NCBI GenBank assembly: GCA_036172245.1
Contig: JAYWIR010000016.1
Location: forward strand, 2,356,001 to 2,420,000
Direction of reading: 5' to 3'
DNA: 64,000 nt
Source: Raillietiella orientalis
Taxonomy: Eukaryota
The stretch's first letter is position 1. Each line of letters starts with the position of its first letter. Shown here in pieces: positions 25,462-39,700 of the stretch. Under the pieces are notes generated by a model that saw only the letters and a list, made by a program, of their open reading frames with translations, was not told the origin of the DNA and did no database searches. The position numbers were made by a program, and so were the translations under genes.

Positions 25462-27469
25462 TCGAACGGCCACAAGTAAACACAGCGTGAGGTACCGACA
25501 AACGAAATCCGAACACGTTTAAATGTCCACCATCTGAGTGATTAGATGTTACCAAGTTCCACTAAGAGTGCAGGCCTCCAGAAAATTGGCAAATACAAAG
25601 TGCTGCTCTGATTTCCATTTCCATTACAAAGCATTCTTCTTAAAATGCTTTTGAAATTTTTCTTGCGATAAATATCAACTTTTCAATGATACTTCATCAG
25701 GATGTTTGATATCGTAGGATTATCACGACACTATTTAGGACTGTCGTGCATGACTTTTTGGTTCGACAACCATGAGTTGACAGTGTTTTTTCCTAGATAC
25801 CTCAAGGGATTCTCATATAGCCTTGAATATTTAAATATTCGAATGGAATTAAATTACATTACTAGCATGAGCTATATTCCAAGGCGTAAAGAAACTTGAA
25901 AAACCACTTTTTGCAACCAAACATTTCAGGATATTGGAGAATGTGAAGTAAGGTATCTTATGGAAGCGTGCAAGTAAGAAAGAAGGCCATTCCAATTGTT
26001 AATGCAATCCAATTTGTATATCTTACTACTAACATGTTCTCAGTACCACGTATTTTGAGGCAGCCTACTACATTAATAATGCATGTTATTTAACAACTTT
26101 TTGTAAAAGGTTTCTATTACAATCAAAAATATCAGTGTCAATAAGGCACCATAAAATATGCTTTTTTAATTGAAAAGTCTTGTAAAACATCGAATTTTCG
26201 AGATTTACAACAGATTCAAGTAATCATGATAAGTTTGTATCTTTCCCATTACTAGTTTGTTCCTTTCAAAAAATAAGGTCCGAATTGTCGAATTAGGAAT
26301 GAAAATTATGAAATTCTAATTGGCAATAAACAAAATCTCCGAAAACATCTAATGCTTATAATGAAGTCAATATCAACAAATTTCATGGAACTAATGACAG
26401 TGGAAGACGGAAAAAACATTTTCAAGAATTTTCAAAAAAAGCGGCGAAGCCTCCAAGGTAGACATTGGGTGTAAGCAGGAAATATGCATTTTCCTATAGA
26501 CAATGAAACACAGAGTTGGAAGATCTTGTAGGGAAGATGTCTTCAGCAGAAGTTGCTTTAATGCCAGTGGCGCTCTTCTACAAACTTTGAATAGGCAACC
26601 TACGAATTCTTGCATCAAAGAGATGTTCAAACGTTCTTTATGAGAATTCATTCTTTCATTCTCAAGCTAAAGGCCTGTCAAAGAATAGATTCCTCCAATG
26701 TGCCTTGTAATTAAATAGATACCTGAAATCCTTGAAACTTTCAAAAGGTTTTCCAAAAGAAAAAAAAAATCTTCGAAACTTATTTTGTGATCAGCAATCT
26801 CTAAAGCTATTCGCATTGACTATGCTCACTTAATGATAAAAGAATGCACGAATTACTCAAGAGGCAATGTGAGAGAGTTAGCTACTGACTGCGCTAGAAA
26901 CATGAACAAGGCTTTTGAGCAAATTCGTCGTTTTGAAAATTTTTGTTCTACATTATAATAGACACGTGGTTAAGCAAACACGGTATACTGCTCCTTTTTT
27001 AGTTTGACATAACGAATATGTAGATTCATATCCGAAGCTGATGGATTTGCTTTATTTTTCATTCCCCTTGATATTTTTTATACCGTTTCATGTATCAATG
27101 ATGGGAAAATAAAATGATAAAATAAGAATTGTCTTGCACCCAACAAGAGGGCAATTTCAGTTCTGAATTTTCGATGCTTGGTTATTTTGCTGCCACTGAC
27201 CCACCCTTCGATCCCAAAATGATAAAGATTCATTCGGTAATTCATAAAGATTTTCAGATCTTTGTTTCCACAGGGTGTATCTAAGTAATTTAAGAATGTT
27301 TGTGAACGATCTTCGTTCATGTTCTCAGTGCACAAAACTTTTTACGCCATTGGATTCACCAAGACATGAGAAGCCTCACTTCCTTCCACATGTCTTTCGT
27401 ATACTCGTAGAGTAAACAGAACACAAGCTTGCATGATTGCACCTCATTATTTCCATGGTGTTTTCCAGG

Positions 27470-28292
27470 ATGAAATTTATTACGTGGAACATTCTGAATG
27501 TCTTGTTGGCTTTGGTAGAACCTCCATAGGAAACTCGAATCGAGGAAGCACACGGGTATTCTTCTCGTTTCCCATCTCCAGAGAGTGTAATGGATAGAAA
27601 GCGCTCGGAAACAGGAGCGCCAGGATGCAGTTAGGAATTGTAGACTGTGGCGTGCTTTAGAAATGTGCGACTGATGTATTCAGCACTAATGTCGAAAGTG
27701 GTCGGTTTCATTATTTAAATTATTTAATTGCGCCATGGGAGATTCGGTCAGGAAATAGCAACGGGAAACTATGGCTTGGGACAGCCGCGACCATTAGTGC
27801 ATGTCCTGGTTCATGTTTCCTGAAAATCTAAGACTTTGCATGATGCACGATTTCATAGGGAGGCAGGATTCTGAACGTTATTTGCATTTATGATTTGCGC
27901 TGCCAGCTGACGCACAGTCAGTCTCCCATGAAGAAAAAAAAACTAAGCGCACAGAGCACGGAAGGATGGAACCAGCGCGTGTCCTTATGAGGATCATAAG
28001 GACACACGCTGGTGAGGATGCGATACAGATCGAACAGCAACCTTTCCGAGGTTCTTCTGCATGTCTCGAGAAGCCCTCAGCGAAATTGCTTAGTTAATAC
28101 TAGTAAGGTAATGGCCTCATTAAAGTCCTGGAGCTCGGATGCTCCCTGCGGACGAGTTCAAGCTGCAACTTCGTTAAATTTTAATAGGTGAATGTCTTGG
28201 TCCGTGTTGGATAATGGAAAACTCAATTTAGGAGGAATTAAGGAACAGTGTCCGACAGAAAAGCCCGACGAATGAAGTGAACAAAAATGCCA

Positions 28293-28353
<61 letters not shown>

Positions 28354-30000
28354 TAATACGTTCCATGGCCGTTTGCATCGAAAGAGAACAAATGGATGAA
28401 AAACGAACAAGCAGAACTGAAAACGGTAACAGATGAAGCTGCTTCATACTGGAAGCTGACTTTTCTGATCGTAAAGCAAGGGGGGCCGGAGTTCAGAAAG
28501 TGCTGAGAAATGTTCATCCAAATGCAGCTCCAGCCTTCAATATTTCCCAAGCATGAATAGTTTGGTGCTAATCAAAGAGCGACGGATTATCAAACTGCAT
28601 AGTTCGAAAAGAAGATGAACGAGTAAATGAAAAAAAGCCAGAACTAAGCTGGCTACTTGGAAAATTGATTCTCATCTTCTCTACATAGCAAGCCAATCAT
28701 TTTATGAAGGGCTAAAGCTAACTGATATTTTTCAATCCGGTTTAAAAGTCACCCCAAATTCGAGATTCGGGATCCATCTACGAAAGGGAATATACAGAGC
28801 TCTCCGTGGAAACCATCCCGCAAGCCACTGCAACGATGGCTTAGTAAGTGTTTTCTCTGCTTGATGCAATTCATTGCACAACTAATACACTTGGAGACGT
28901 GCATCTAGAAAATTAGCTTAATCACCGTTACGTAAGAACACTGCTATCGAGTAGGAATAGTGGATGTTCTCCGCTGCCCTCCAAAGCAATGTGCAAATGC
29001 TGATGTTTCGAAATTTCTAGGTATTTGCATTCCGAGCTCTGCCGTTTGAATGGAGGACATTTAATTTTTATAAATTGGCTCACATGCAATGATTCCTCCT
29101 CCATGGTGGCGCAAAAGTTTGGATCTGGGGCTAAGCCGGCACCCTGATGGCGTCGGCGGAACCCCAGTTTATTGGTTGATAATCAATGGAAACTACGACG
29201 TCCTAACTTAACATATCACTTGTGTGGGTCTTTCCCCCCCTGGCTGTGCAGATTTGTTGTTATAGCAATTCTGAAAGCGTGGATTTGCAAGGAACACATT
29301 AAGAGTGGATGGACGCGCTTGCACTTTTTGCTGTTCCACATATGAAATCGCTGAAGATTCGCTGCATCCGCAAGAAGTGGCTGTCGTGAAAGGACACGTC
29401 GAAAACTAAAAACTGTTCATTCCACAGAACTGGGAAGGCAATGCAAGGATCAGGGATTTGTTTCAAAATGAGAGCCCGAATGAATTTTCCAGATGAAAGC
29501 ATTTGGGTTGGATGAATCCAAGTTGCCTGAAGGGAAACTTCCTCCGTATTCAAGAGGTCCGAGAGCGTCAAAAAAACAGTCCACAACCTATGCTAATAAT
29601 ATGCGAGCCACGTGTGCAGTCATTTGGAAAAAATGCAGATCCAACCACACAGTAGTAAAGCTACAAAAATCAACGGCCCTCTACAAAGTTCCCTAGATGC
29701 TTTGCAAACATGGTTCAGGAACTGGCAAGGCAAGCAGAATGCTTGTAAAACCGGCAGAATATTCTTCCAGTCAGTGGAACGAGCCGTACGTGAAATTCCT
29801 GGAACTTCCCTAACTTCCGGAATTAATTTCGGAAATGATCTTTCCTTCTGTGAGAGCTCTCGATCATCAATGAAATGAGAGCAGACCTGCAGAGGAGCTC
29901 ATGTTTTGCCTGCTCGGTGATCGGTTTCTGGTTGCAAGCAGCTTCAGCATCGGTTTGCGGGCATAAAACGGTATTTCCCTTTCAATTCAGAGTAGCAGAA
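27470..30000 (+). mobile_element. Ancient decayed L1-like ORF2 remnant (APE to RT to zinc motif)
   Basis: In the expected order: MKFITWNI (27470, APE start), ESGRF (~27695), SKFLGI (~29010, YLG motif) and a CFAC zinc-motif remnant (~29900). Many stops. Confidence 0.45.
28293..28347. repeat. Compound microsatellite (TC)n(TA)n
   Basis: Directly visible. Confidence 0.97.
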
Positions 30001-33000
30001 CATTCCGTAAATTCCTATGCCATGCTTCTCTTGCATGGATACAACGGAAAGCCTTCACACACATTGTGCACGTATGCTGACTGCAGCTCGCTGGTGTAAT
30101 TCTAATCTTTGACTTGGCCAGTCGGATCAAAATTCGCTCTCCCTTTCATCCAACGAAATGTCATCTGCAAGCTCGCCTGCTCGAGTGGCTGAAAAATCAG
30201 TTGGGACCATCCGTTGAAGCCTTTCTTCAGAAACTTGAAACTGCACCTGTATGCCATTTACCATTCAACGAGTACACACACAAAAAAAAATCGTCTGAAG
30301 CAGATCTCTACGAAAACACCGTCACTCGCAACTGTGTCATCCTAATATCATCAAATCCGGATGACAGAGTCGGATCGAACTGCTGCTTCGTCAGATCACG
30401 GACCCAATCCTTCCGCATCCACGAAACTGTAAACCCAGCAATACATGGAGCACGCCTGTGTTCTTACTAAACATCGTTTTCCTTTTTTTTTTTTTTTAAA
30501 TTCACACTGCACCAGGAGTTACCCAAACAAATCCCTTTTCCGAGACTTCATGGTGCATTCCGTTTTTCTGTGAGATGCCTGAAAAAAGCCGTTTCCAGCT
30601 CATTCCATCATCTACTTTCACATACCGTGCCCTGCATAAGTCCTTAATTCACGTGGTGCCCAATTGCTTCTGTTTTCAGCCGTGGTGAATGTCATCCATT
30701 TGCCTTAGACCGAGATGATAATTTACAGTCAAACTTTGATAGTTCTTATCCGGAATACAAGTATGCTCTGACCGACGTCCCCCTTTCGGAAAGGACCTTG
30801 CCATCTCGTAATTCCAGGGGGATTTTTTTCCTGGCAATAGCCAGTCCTGTTAATTAGAGCATGCAATAAGCTCGTGCTGGTATTCCATCCAGCAGCTTAC
30901 ATCCTTTTATCTGCATCGGGCAGTTCGCCTGCTGATTTCACTGAGAGATGCTAAAGCGGAGAGCTCTTTTATGGCAGAGAAAATCACCAGCTTCGTGCTG
31001 CTCACAAGAAGCACGAAGCTGGAGGCCGCCGGAGTCGAAGCGCTCTTTCGGCTCTTCCGCAGAGGATGCATTTGCGAAGAGCAAGAAAAAAATGGAGGCT
31101 TGTACTGGAGGCTGTGATCCTTGTGAAACACACACATGCCCTCGAATGGCTCTTTATGCAATTCTTTGCAAGTAAAGCATCGGAGACATCTGCTTACTCC
31201 AAAGCCTTCTAAGCAGTGATCCCATAGTGCTAACGGCGTGGCACCCAGTGGAGAACCTGCCGTGCTTAATGCTCTTGCAGATAAAATCCAAGTGCTTCAA
31301 GCCACCATTTGTTACGCTTGAAAAGGAAGCTTCCACAGGCTTTTCAACGACCACGTTGAAATTCATTTACAGATTTCCATATATTCACCGCCAAGTGAGC
31401 TTTTGCATTATCAAAGCATGGACTGCCAAAACTGCCTGCAAAGTGAAAGATCACATGTGAAACAGAAGCCTACTCTTTTATGCAGACTAGTGGCCACCAC
31501 TTGAAGCCCCAGGGTTCAATGGAAGCATCACTATATCGTAAGGTACTTCAAGAGCATTGCAGCATTCTTTAAATTCGTAAGAGCCGGACTCGAATTTTTC
31601 GGTTTCTTCATTATATCCTGCCATAGCAGGCGTTGTTCATGTTCCAGAATGTTCCGAATCAAGTGTGAGCTTATGAGTTCATTCTTAAGTCGGTACGATT
31701 CAGCTTTTTTATTCGTACGTCTTCAGTTGGTAGGACACTGCAAGAGACGATTCCTCCTCGATGGCCTTCACACTCAGTCCACAGACACGTCGAATATGGG
31801 AAGTCCGGAATCTCAAATCGCGCGTACAGGGTTTCGCCAAATTTCCCCAGTGGGTTTCCTTCACTTCTCTGGAGGCATCTCTTCGCCACGTCTGACGAAC
31901 TCTCGCCCGAGCACTGATGGTGGACGACGACTCACCACGTCCATTATCAGCGCGAGGCAATCCATGATCGAGCCGAGCACTGTTCAGCAGTTCTCTGGAT
32001 TGCGTATTCAGCAGCCCAGAAAGACTCTCAAACATTCAAGTGGCTCTTTCGACCCTGAACACAATCTCTTCAGGTACAAAAACGTGCATGAAGTTCAGCC
32101 GTTCAACAGGCAGTGCCTTTTCTTGGGCAAATGAAGCTCGTGATTTTTTCTGCAGCTGATCCGTCCCGTTTCACGGCCTTCAGGCCTTCCCACGGAGTTC
32201 CATAAACCTCAAGTTGTCCCTCTGGTGAAACCGGCAACCAGAGTTCTGCTGGCCACTGCCAGCAGCACTCTGGTTTGAACCAAATTCACCCGGTCAGGAC
32301 CAGCAATCTCAGAAACGGAAATGCCTCATTGATGTTGAAGAGGGTCAACGGAGCTTGAATCTCTCGGCACTCTCGGAAAGGTAACGCAAAACTTTACTGA
32401 ATAGATGTTTGCTCGAGGGCTTACATTTTACGCTTTTCATTATTTTTCATTTAGCACTGCAGGAAGTATGACAAAGAGATTTTTCATCCATCATTTCAAT
32501 TCTGAAATCACCTTAGATGGGGAGCCAAGGCAAATTTAATGCTGCTTGGAATTACCACAAGCAATTAAGCAAGGAGATTGACATAGCGCGTGCTCTTCAC
32601 GATTGGTGAGCAGCAAAGAACTAAGAGTGGCTTACGAAGAACTCTTTTCCATGTGATTGCAACGGTTTTTCTTTTCAAACTTTTTAGGAATTACACAAGA
32701 ATGTTGCAGTCACCCATTTTCTCACCAGTATTCCTTTTTTTTTTTCTTTCTTGAAATGCCTTTGTTAATATTTGAAGGATGCCAGCAGAGCTTTGATGCA
32801 CATTTGGCGTGTATCAATTAAAAATCTTTTCCAGCTGCCTGTCCACCGAAACCACTCTGGTTTCTCGCTTCTGCCCATTCCGTCTTAGTCGCTCCCATTT
32901 CCTGACGGATAACGCGTTTCGAGCACGGTGAGCGGAAATTGGGTTTCGAATTTTCTTCTTCTTCTTCATCATGCTACGCCTGCAAACTATTTCCTTCCTT

Positions 33001-35790
33001 CCTTCCTTTCTTTTTCTTTTCCAGTTTCAAGGCAGCCGAGGACGAAAAATTCTGCCGATTGCAGATTTTGCGGGATGTCGTCAGTGGGGAGGAGTCTCAT
33101 GGATGAGGCTGATGATGGACGAGAGCTGTACCGCTTCGCCTTACATGACAATATAGAAGATTGCCGTTTCCGAGACGAGGATCAATATGAAGTTTCCTGG
33201 AAGTCAGAGCATCCGCAATCTGGAGCACACACTTGGAGCTCCTACATGTACAAAGCCAAAGATTCGAACTTGCTCATAGGATCGAATCCACGAATTCCAT
33301 TTCCAGCATCCAGTTATGAGATCCAAACATAAAATGGATCCAAAGGTAATACATACATGGAATCACCCAATGGGAGCCATTCCATAAAATCGGACATTTA
33401 TTGCGAGTCCCCTGACATAGCACGGTCCACAGAGATTCTTTCGCATCAGAGGCGCGTTCTTAATGCACCGAGACAGAAAAACGGGTCTGGTTTCTGGACC
33501 ACCGAATTAAGAGAGAGGCTAAGAGATTTTCTCGTGTGCACGTGTGCAAAACCCAAGTCATGCGAAGCAGTGGATGCCCAATTAGGAGGGGAAAAATTCC
33601 CAAACTTCCCATTACACTCTCGCCTCGAAGGTTTTCCTGCTGGACACGAGCGGGCAACACCACGTTCCCGGCATGCCTTGAAGCACTCTCGGAACCAGAA
33701 CGAAGGTCACCTCGGAGGTGCCCTCGCTGGCAGGAAACACTCACCCGTAACGACAGAACAGTCTTCCAAAAAAACACGTGAATGGCTGCACCCCCGCCAA
33801 GCTTTCAAGTACGAACGTCGGGGGTGATTGCCCGGAGACACGCACGGAAAGACGCCCTGTGCCCGGGGCTGCCCTTCGGGAAGTGGGGGGCTTTCACTTT
33901 GAACGTTCGGTTTTCGAATTTCCAGTTGACGTCGGCTGCATGCGGCTCGAGCATTTCCGGAAAATCGATTTTCGCGGTCCACTCGAGCAGATGATCTCCC
34001 GGATCCAACGGAACACGTAATGAATTGTATTAACTGGTCAGCGTGTTCAGCTGTACGGTACGCGAAATCACGTCCAAGTCGTCTGGCCATGGCGTTGCCG
34101 CCCCCCTTCTTGCGACTCTCCTCCGAACCGTGGGCCACCGTCGCACAAATGGATACGGAGAGGGTTGCTTTTACAAGAAGAGTGTCTGTACAGAAACCGA
34201 TGCACAAGCAAACCGCGCAAGCCGATCGTACACGTGCACTGCAAAAATTCTTTACCCCAAGAGCTGAAAATTCTCTCCAGTCTGCTTATTCAAAGATTTT
34301 TGCGCATGCAACCATTTCAATCGGATAGGTATACACTGCTGATATGAAATCATTAACAATTACTGATGCTCCACTCTTGCAGCTGATGGTGAATGTTTTT
34401 CATCCAATCCACATTCAATATGCCCATGCGAAATGCCCGTGCTTTTCCCTAATTTGGAAGCACTTTTGCTGTTACAGATCCAACGCAGTGGCAATTGAAA
34501 TTCCATCGCAATTCGGTTACTAAGCTCGGATGAATCAGAAATTTTTCTCGAGTTAAATTCCCTGTGCAAATGGTGAAATTAAAATGAACTGTTACCATCA
34601 CAATAAGTTCTTTACCAATGTGCAATAACACAAATTCTAAAACCATCTGATTCATAAACTAACTCTGCTTTTGTTTGGGTTTATTGGAGCTAGGATTTTC
34701 ATCAACCTAACAGATCAACTGTTCTATGCTATCACGGTCAACACAAGTCAGTCTTTCATGCACAAACAACGCATTTCAGTTCATTCTTTATGAACTTAAT
34801 TTTTAGCATTTGATTTACATCTCCAGAAATTCTTGAACTATTTATGGGTATTTACATATTTCACTAACCATTGCTGCCCCTGAAATTATTCTAAACTGCC
34901 ACTAATTTTTAAAAAGTACGGTTCCTAATTTCCAAATAGCAAAATCATTACACCTTATCATCATTTATTTCTAATTTGAACCCAGTACCAAACAGTACAT
35001 TTTCCTTATATGTCTAATTTCCAATACGCCTATTAAAATCTTTGCAATTTTTGCATTCAGAACAACTCCAATTCTGGTTTTCAAATTCATGTTTTCCTGC
35101 TTACATTTTTTTTTTCAAGTTTCGACAAAGTTTTCCAGTAAACTTTCATCTGATTACGAACAGAAATACACACAAATCATTTCCAAAACTGTAGTTATTT
35201 TGACAATTATTGTGCTCCAGATTAAATATATATATATATAATACACATATAAAAATTCAATCTGCTAAATACTTTAGAGATCTCTGGCATTTGGAAAACA
35301 TCAGTCACCATCAAACAGTTATGATAAGATTTTCAATGTAGACCTTTTCACCAAACCAACGATTACTGTCTCAAAAGCAGTTCTTACCTATACATGTGTG
35401 ATTAAAATTTCTCGAACAAACGCAAATTTCGGAAATTTTTGGAGCAAAGAAAAAAATAATACATGGATAATGCATACAAACGTGCTGCTACCCAAAAAAA
35501 GTCACCCTAGAATCTAAAACTACTTGAATATTTTTTGTTAACGTAAATGCATAATGCAAATGTTCTTAGTATGAAAAGTCCATGCTTTATTAACAGGAAT
35601 GATCTAGATGCATAAAACAACGTTGGCATCATAATTCCCTTCATATCCTAGGGTTTGCAGCAACTTATCCTGGAACAAAAAAAAGGAACATGTTAAAAAC
35701 AAAACAAACAAACAAAAAAACCTAATTTTCATGTGAAGTTATTTTGGAACAGAATTTACCTCAGAAATCAAATCTGAAATCATGCTTCCA

Positions 35791-36723
35791 TTAGAATGTG
35801 CTCCCTTCTGGTGGTTGGGATGATTTTATGTTATCCTTGGAAGTCATCAGTCTACGCAATTCTTGTAGAACAGTTTTAATTGTGTAATGCCGTTGCCAGC
35901 GCAACAACACAGGCACAGCACGTTTGTCAACCCATATAATGCATTTTAAGTTTACCACATCTCATTCAGTACTTACTACTCCAGATGATGAGTTTACTTC
36001 CTTCATGTGTATCCGTGTACAAAATTTGACATTGGGAGGATCATCAGGATATCGAAGTCCACATTCAATTTTTAAACTATACATTCGATTCTCAAATGAT
36101 GTCTGCAAAACACAACATTTGATTTTTTATTCTATAAAACATTACTCGAGTGTGCATATGCAAAACATGAGGTCTCACTTCCTGTGAACTATTGTACCTT
36201 GAGGAATGTATCTATTAACATGTAAATTCAAAAGATAGATTTTCAAAAGTTAAATATGTGGTAACAAAATTTAAAGACAATTATGTGAGTATTGTCATGT
36301 AAAAGTTGATGCTTTTCAATAAAAAACTCCCAGGAAAAATTGTCACTGAATTCAAAAAAGAGTGGGCAGCACAACATAGTTTGCTCAGGTTTTTGAGTTA
36401 CAATCAAACAAAGAATCTGATGTAATTCATGAACCTTCATAAAGGCCATATGACAACTAACTTATGAGAATCCATCAGTTCACCCAACTTACCCTAGGAG
36501 GACCAATAATCATTCCCGTCCAGTTACTCAGAGTCATATCTGAGTCATCTTCCAGCCCCCAACTTATTGTTCCATCCCCAACACCCTTTTGACCTTGTTC
36601 TAATTCTTCTAATAAGCGGAAATTTCTAGGTATCACTGAAAGATTCAAACATTATTCTATGAAAAAAAAAAAAAAAAAAACGAAAAAGAAATGCTCACCA
36701 ACACCTCCTGGTGGAGCTGCCAT
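35791..36723 (-). CDS. UBE2V: Ubiquitin-conjugating enzyme E2 variant (MMS2/UEV1 family), 4 exons, 144 aa
   Basis: Exons 36723-36699, 36635-36493, 36102-35977 and 35931-35791. Protein [63 protein letters not shown]...W...[13 protein letters not shown]...QPPEGSTF*, with no catalytic Cys. Intron 3 has a non-AG acceptor (see findings). Confidence 0.96.
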
Positions 36724-39700
36724 TCAAATTATCAATATTGCAATACTAGTATACAATGTATTTTAAAAATCAGATAATTTACATTATGAAATTTCACACT
36801 GGTATGGATGTGCTAAAAATCAGGCACATTTATTCCAAGCATCTTCAATACGTTTAAGAAAGAGCTGCAAACAGTAATGCACAGTACACATAACGTGATC
36901 TGATCTCGTGGGAGCTTCCAACTGCACTTACATTTACTTATATGTATAGGCCGTGAAGAACTTAAGTACTAATTAAAGCAAATGAGTTCGAGGTGGGAAT
37001 CGACGACAAATAACACATATTAACATGCTACTTAAAAAGATTAGAAAGAAAAACGTGACAGTACATTCACCGGTTAGTTCATGGCATTCACTTCGGCATT
37101 CAGGTAAGTAATCAAAAACGCTATCAAACTGAATTTGCTGGAAAACAAAATAAGTGCTTCCAAAATGGTTTAAAGACTTGTAGAAGCTTGCTCGTACAAA
37201 CCGTTATTTTCTGCATGCAAATAATGCAACACATTTTACAATGACTTTTATACGAGACTTCATACATCAGACTTACCACATGAAATAGAAATGCAGGAAA
37301 TAGAATATCTATTATTCGAAAATCAGTATTACTGTTTTGTAAACGTACTGTGAACGTTTCATAAATTACAGTAATTGCAAACGATCTACAAATCGAGCGT
37401 AATGTCCTAATGCTTTTTATGATTCACCATGTAATTGCAACATTATGTTTAGGATTATGAAACGAAAGAATTGTATCCGAATTGTATCTATGTTTTCATA
37501 AAGTTCGACGTGCATTCGGGGTTTGAAAACATCAAATAAGCATTCGGGATATTTCCCAAAGTATACATTTTATTCCGACACTGCATTGTAAATCATTTTG
37601 CATGGTAACCATGTTTGCTGATAGACAAGGGGTTTGGTAATTTTAAAAAAAATAGTCCACTGGCATGTGATCAATAAGAAATCCCAACTGGTTTCTGAAA
37701 GAAAATTGAAGAGAAAGAAAAAAACTCATCAAATAAGCAATGATGAAGTTCTTGGAACTGAGACAAAAGTCTTAATGCGGCAAAGAAAACTATTTTTTCA
37801 AAAATAAAAGTGTATTTCACTTAGTGATATAAATAAAGATACTAAAACGATTCACAATCGTATTTTTCAATTTGATATTGTTCCTCTAATAATAGTGACG
37901 GAACCACAAAATTTCGTTCATATTACGATAACTGTAGGTGCGCAAAACTTTAAACAGCATTTGGAACGGTCATGTTCTGCATATGAAGCACTTATTGGGT
38001 AATTAATTTGGCATATTTGCATCTTTAGCTAGTTTTCTATTACATTTTTAAGCATTCATTTGAAACAATTTGCAATTTTGATTACTTAGATATACTAGGG
38101 AATCAAAATTGCTCTGGATGTACTAATGTTTTTGTCGCTCATTGGAAGGCATGAGAGCACATTGTGAATGCTATTGACTGTGAGTTTCAAAGACAATATT
38201 CTCTACAAGAATTTACGTATCACTCCTCTCATTCTCAAGTTAAGTTACAGAGGGTGTGCTGCTTTGCTGACTAGAATCTTCGGAATGGCATAAATCGCTA
38301 CCAAATAGTGATCCTGTTCCAAAACGCATCTGTTGAAAGTAAACAACCTTCAGACGCCTTTGGATTGGAGACAGAAGCTTTCGTCATGCATGAAGGGGGT
38401 TTCTTTTCCTCTTTCAAGAACCGATCTCAGTAGGAAAAAATAGGGACTAATCCAGAACTCTTGCCCATTCTCACCCCACATTCAACGCATCAGACTGATT
38501 TGCAGGTCCACCTCGGATGGATCCTCTCGAAGTGGAAAAAACAGCATACGCGAAGGCATTTCTGATATTTTCCTTGGAGTGTCGCGACGAACTCCATTCC
38601 AGTTTCATTCTTCAAAAGAGCTCCACACACGTGGTTACTCAACATGGCTCCAGGGAATACCTTGTACCCCTCGTTCATCAAGATCCTCAATGCTGAGACT
38701 TACAGGGACTTTTTGATCGCAGAGGTCGACTTACGAAATATGAGATGACTATTGAGATGAGTTATCTTTTCGCAGTTCCCAAGAGAATAAACTGCCTGCT
38801 ATCTATGCATTCGCCGAATCCAATTTCTAATAGTAAAGTAGGGATGAGAACCATACACTCATGAAAATTTTCAAGAGTTTTAAAAAAACGAATATTCAAA
38901 GATTTTGTAAGGCCATTTTCTTTGGGAAGTACAAGGAAATGTGATTAATCCAAGCTGGTCTATGGAGACATCAGAACCCCTTCTGGCACTCGATGTAGCC
39001 GTTGTCGAAATCAACACCATTTCTCCTTACTGGCGATCCCTTATGAAAGAGCCTGCCTTTTTGCTTTTGCAGCTGATGCGCTGCTACACTTTTAACATCC
39101 TCAGAAAAGAGCAGTTGGTTTTTTTTTTGGTCGAGGCGCAATATATCCAAAATCCAGCAAGATTTTTTCTTGTTTTTTTTGACCTCAGCATCATATGAAA
39201 ACGTGTCATCCCAACGAAGGAAGGTACAAAGGATTTTCGATCTCCAGTGTCTCTTTTTTATGTTTTCCAGGATCTTTGAAGCGCTCCGAAGAAACAGACC
39301 GTCTTTACCACGAAGCATGGCAAATTACGCCTCGAAAGTCAAGCTTTAAATCAGTCCCGAAGGCAGTCGAGCTCACAGATACAGAAGGCACAGTATCCAG
39401 CAGAAAGCTGCTTTTTCAGAAACTTGTTCGAATCTACGGCAGCGGATTTTGACGGGCATTCTGAAGCAAAGCGCGAAGTTCTTCACGAAACGGTTCGGTA
39501 TTCACTTGTGAGTAGTTGCCAATTTTTCCATCAGAAGACTAAGGGACTCAGCAACCATTCCCATGAGAAGCTAGCCTTCTTGAACACAGGAAAATCGCAC
39601 ATTTTCATAAGTGTACCAATTTCATCTTCCCCTGTGACCAATTCTGTTTCTCATGTTTCCTTTCAGAGGGCTTAGATCGGGATCTTTTGGATTTATTCGA

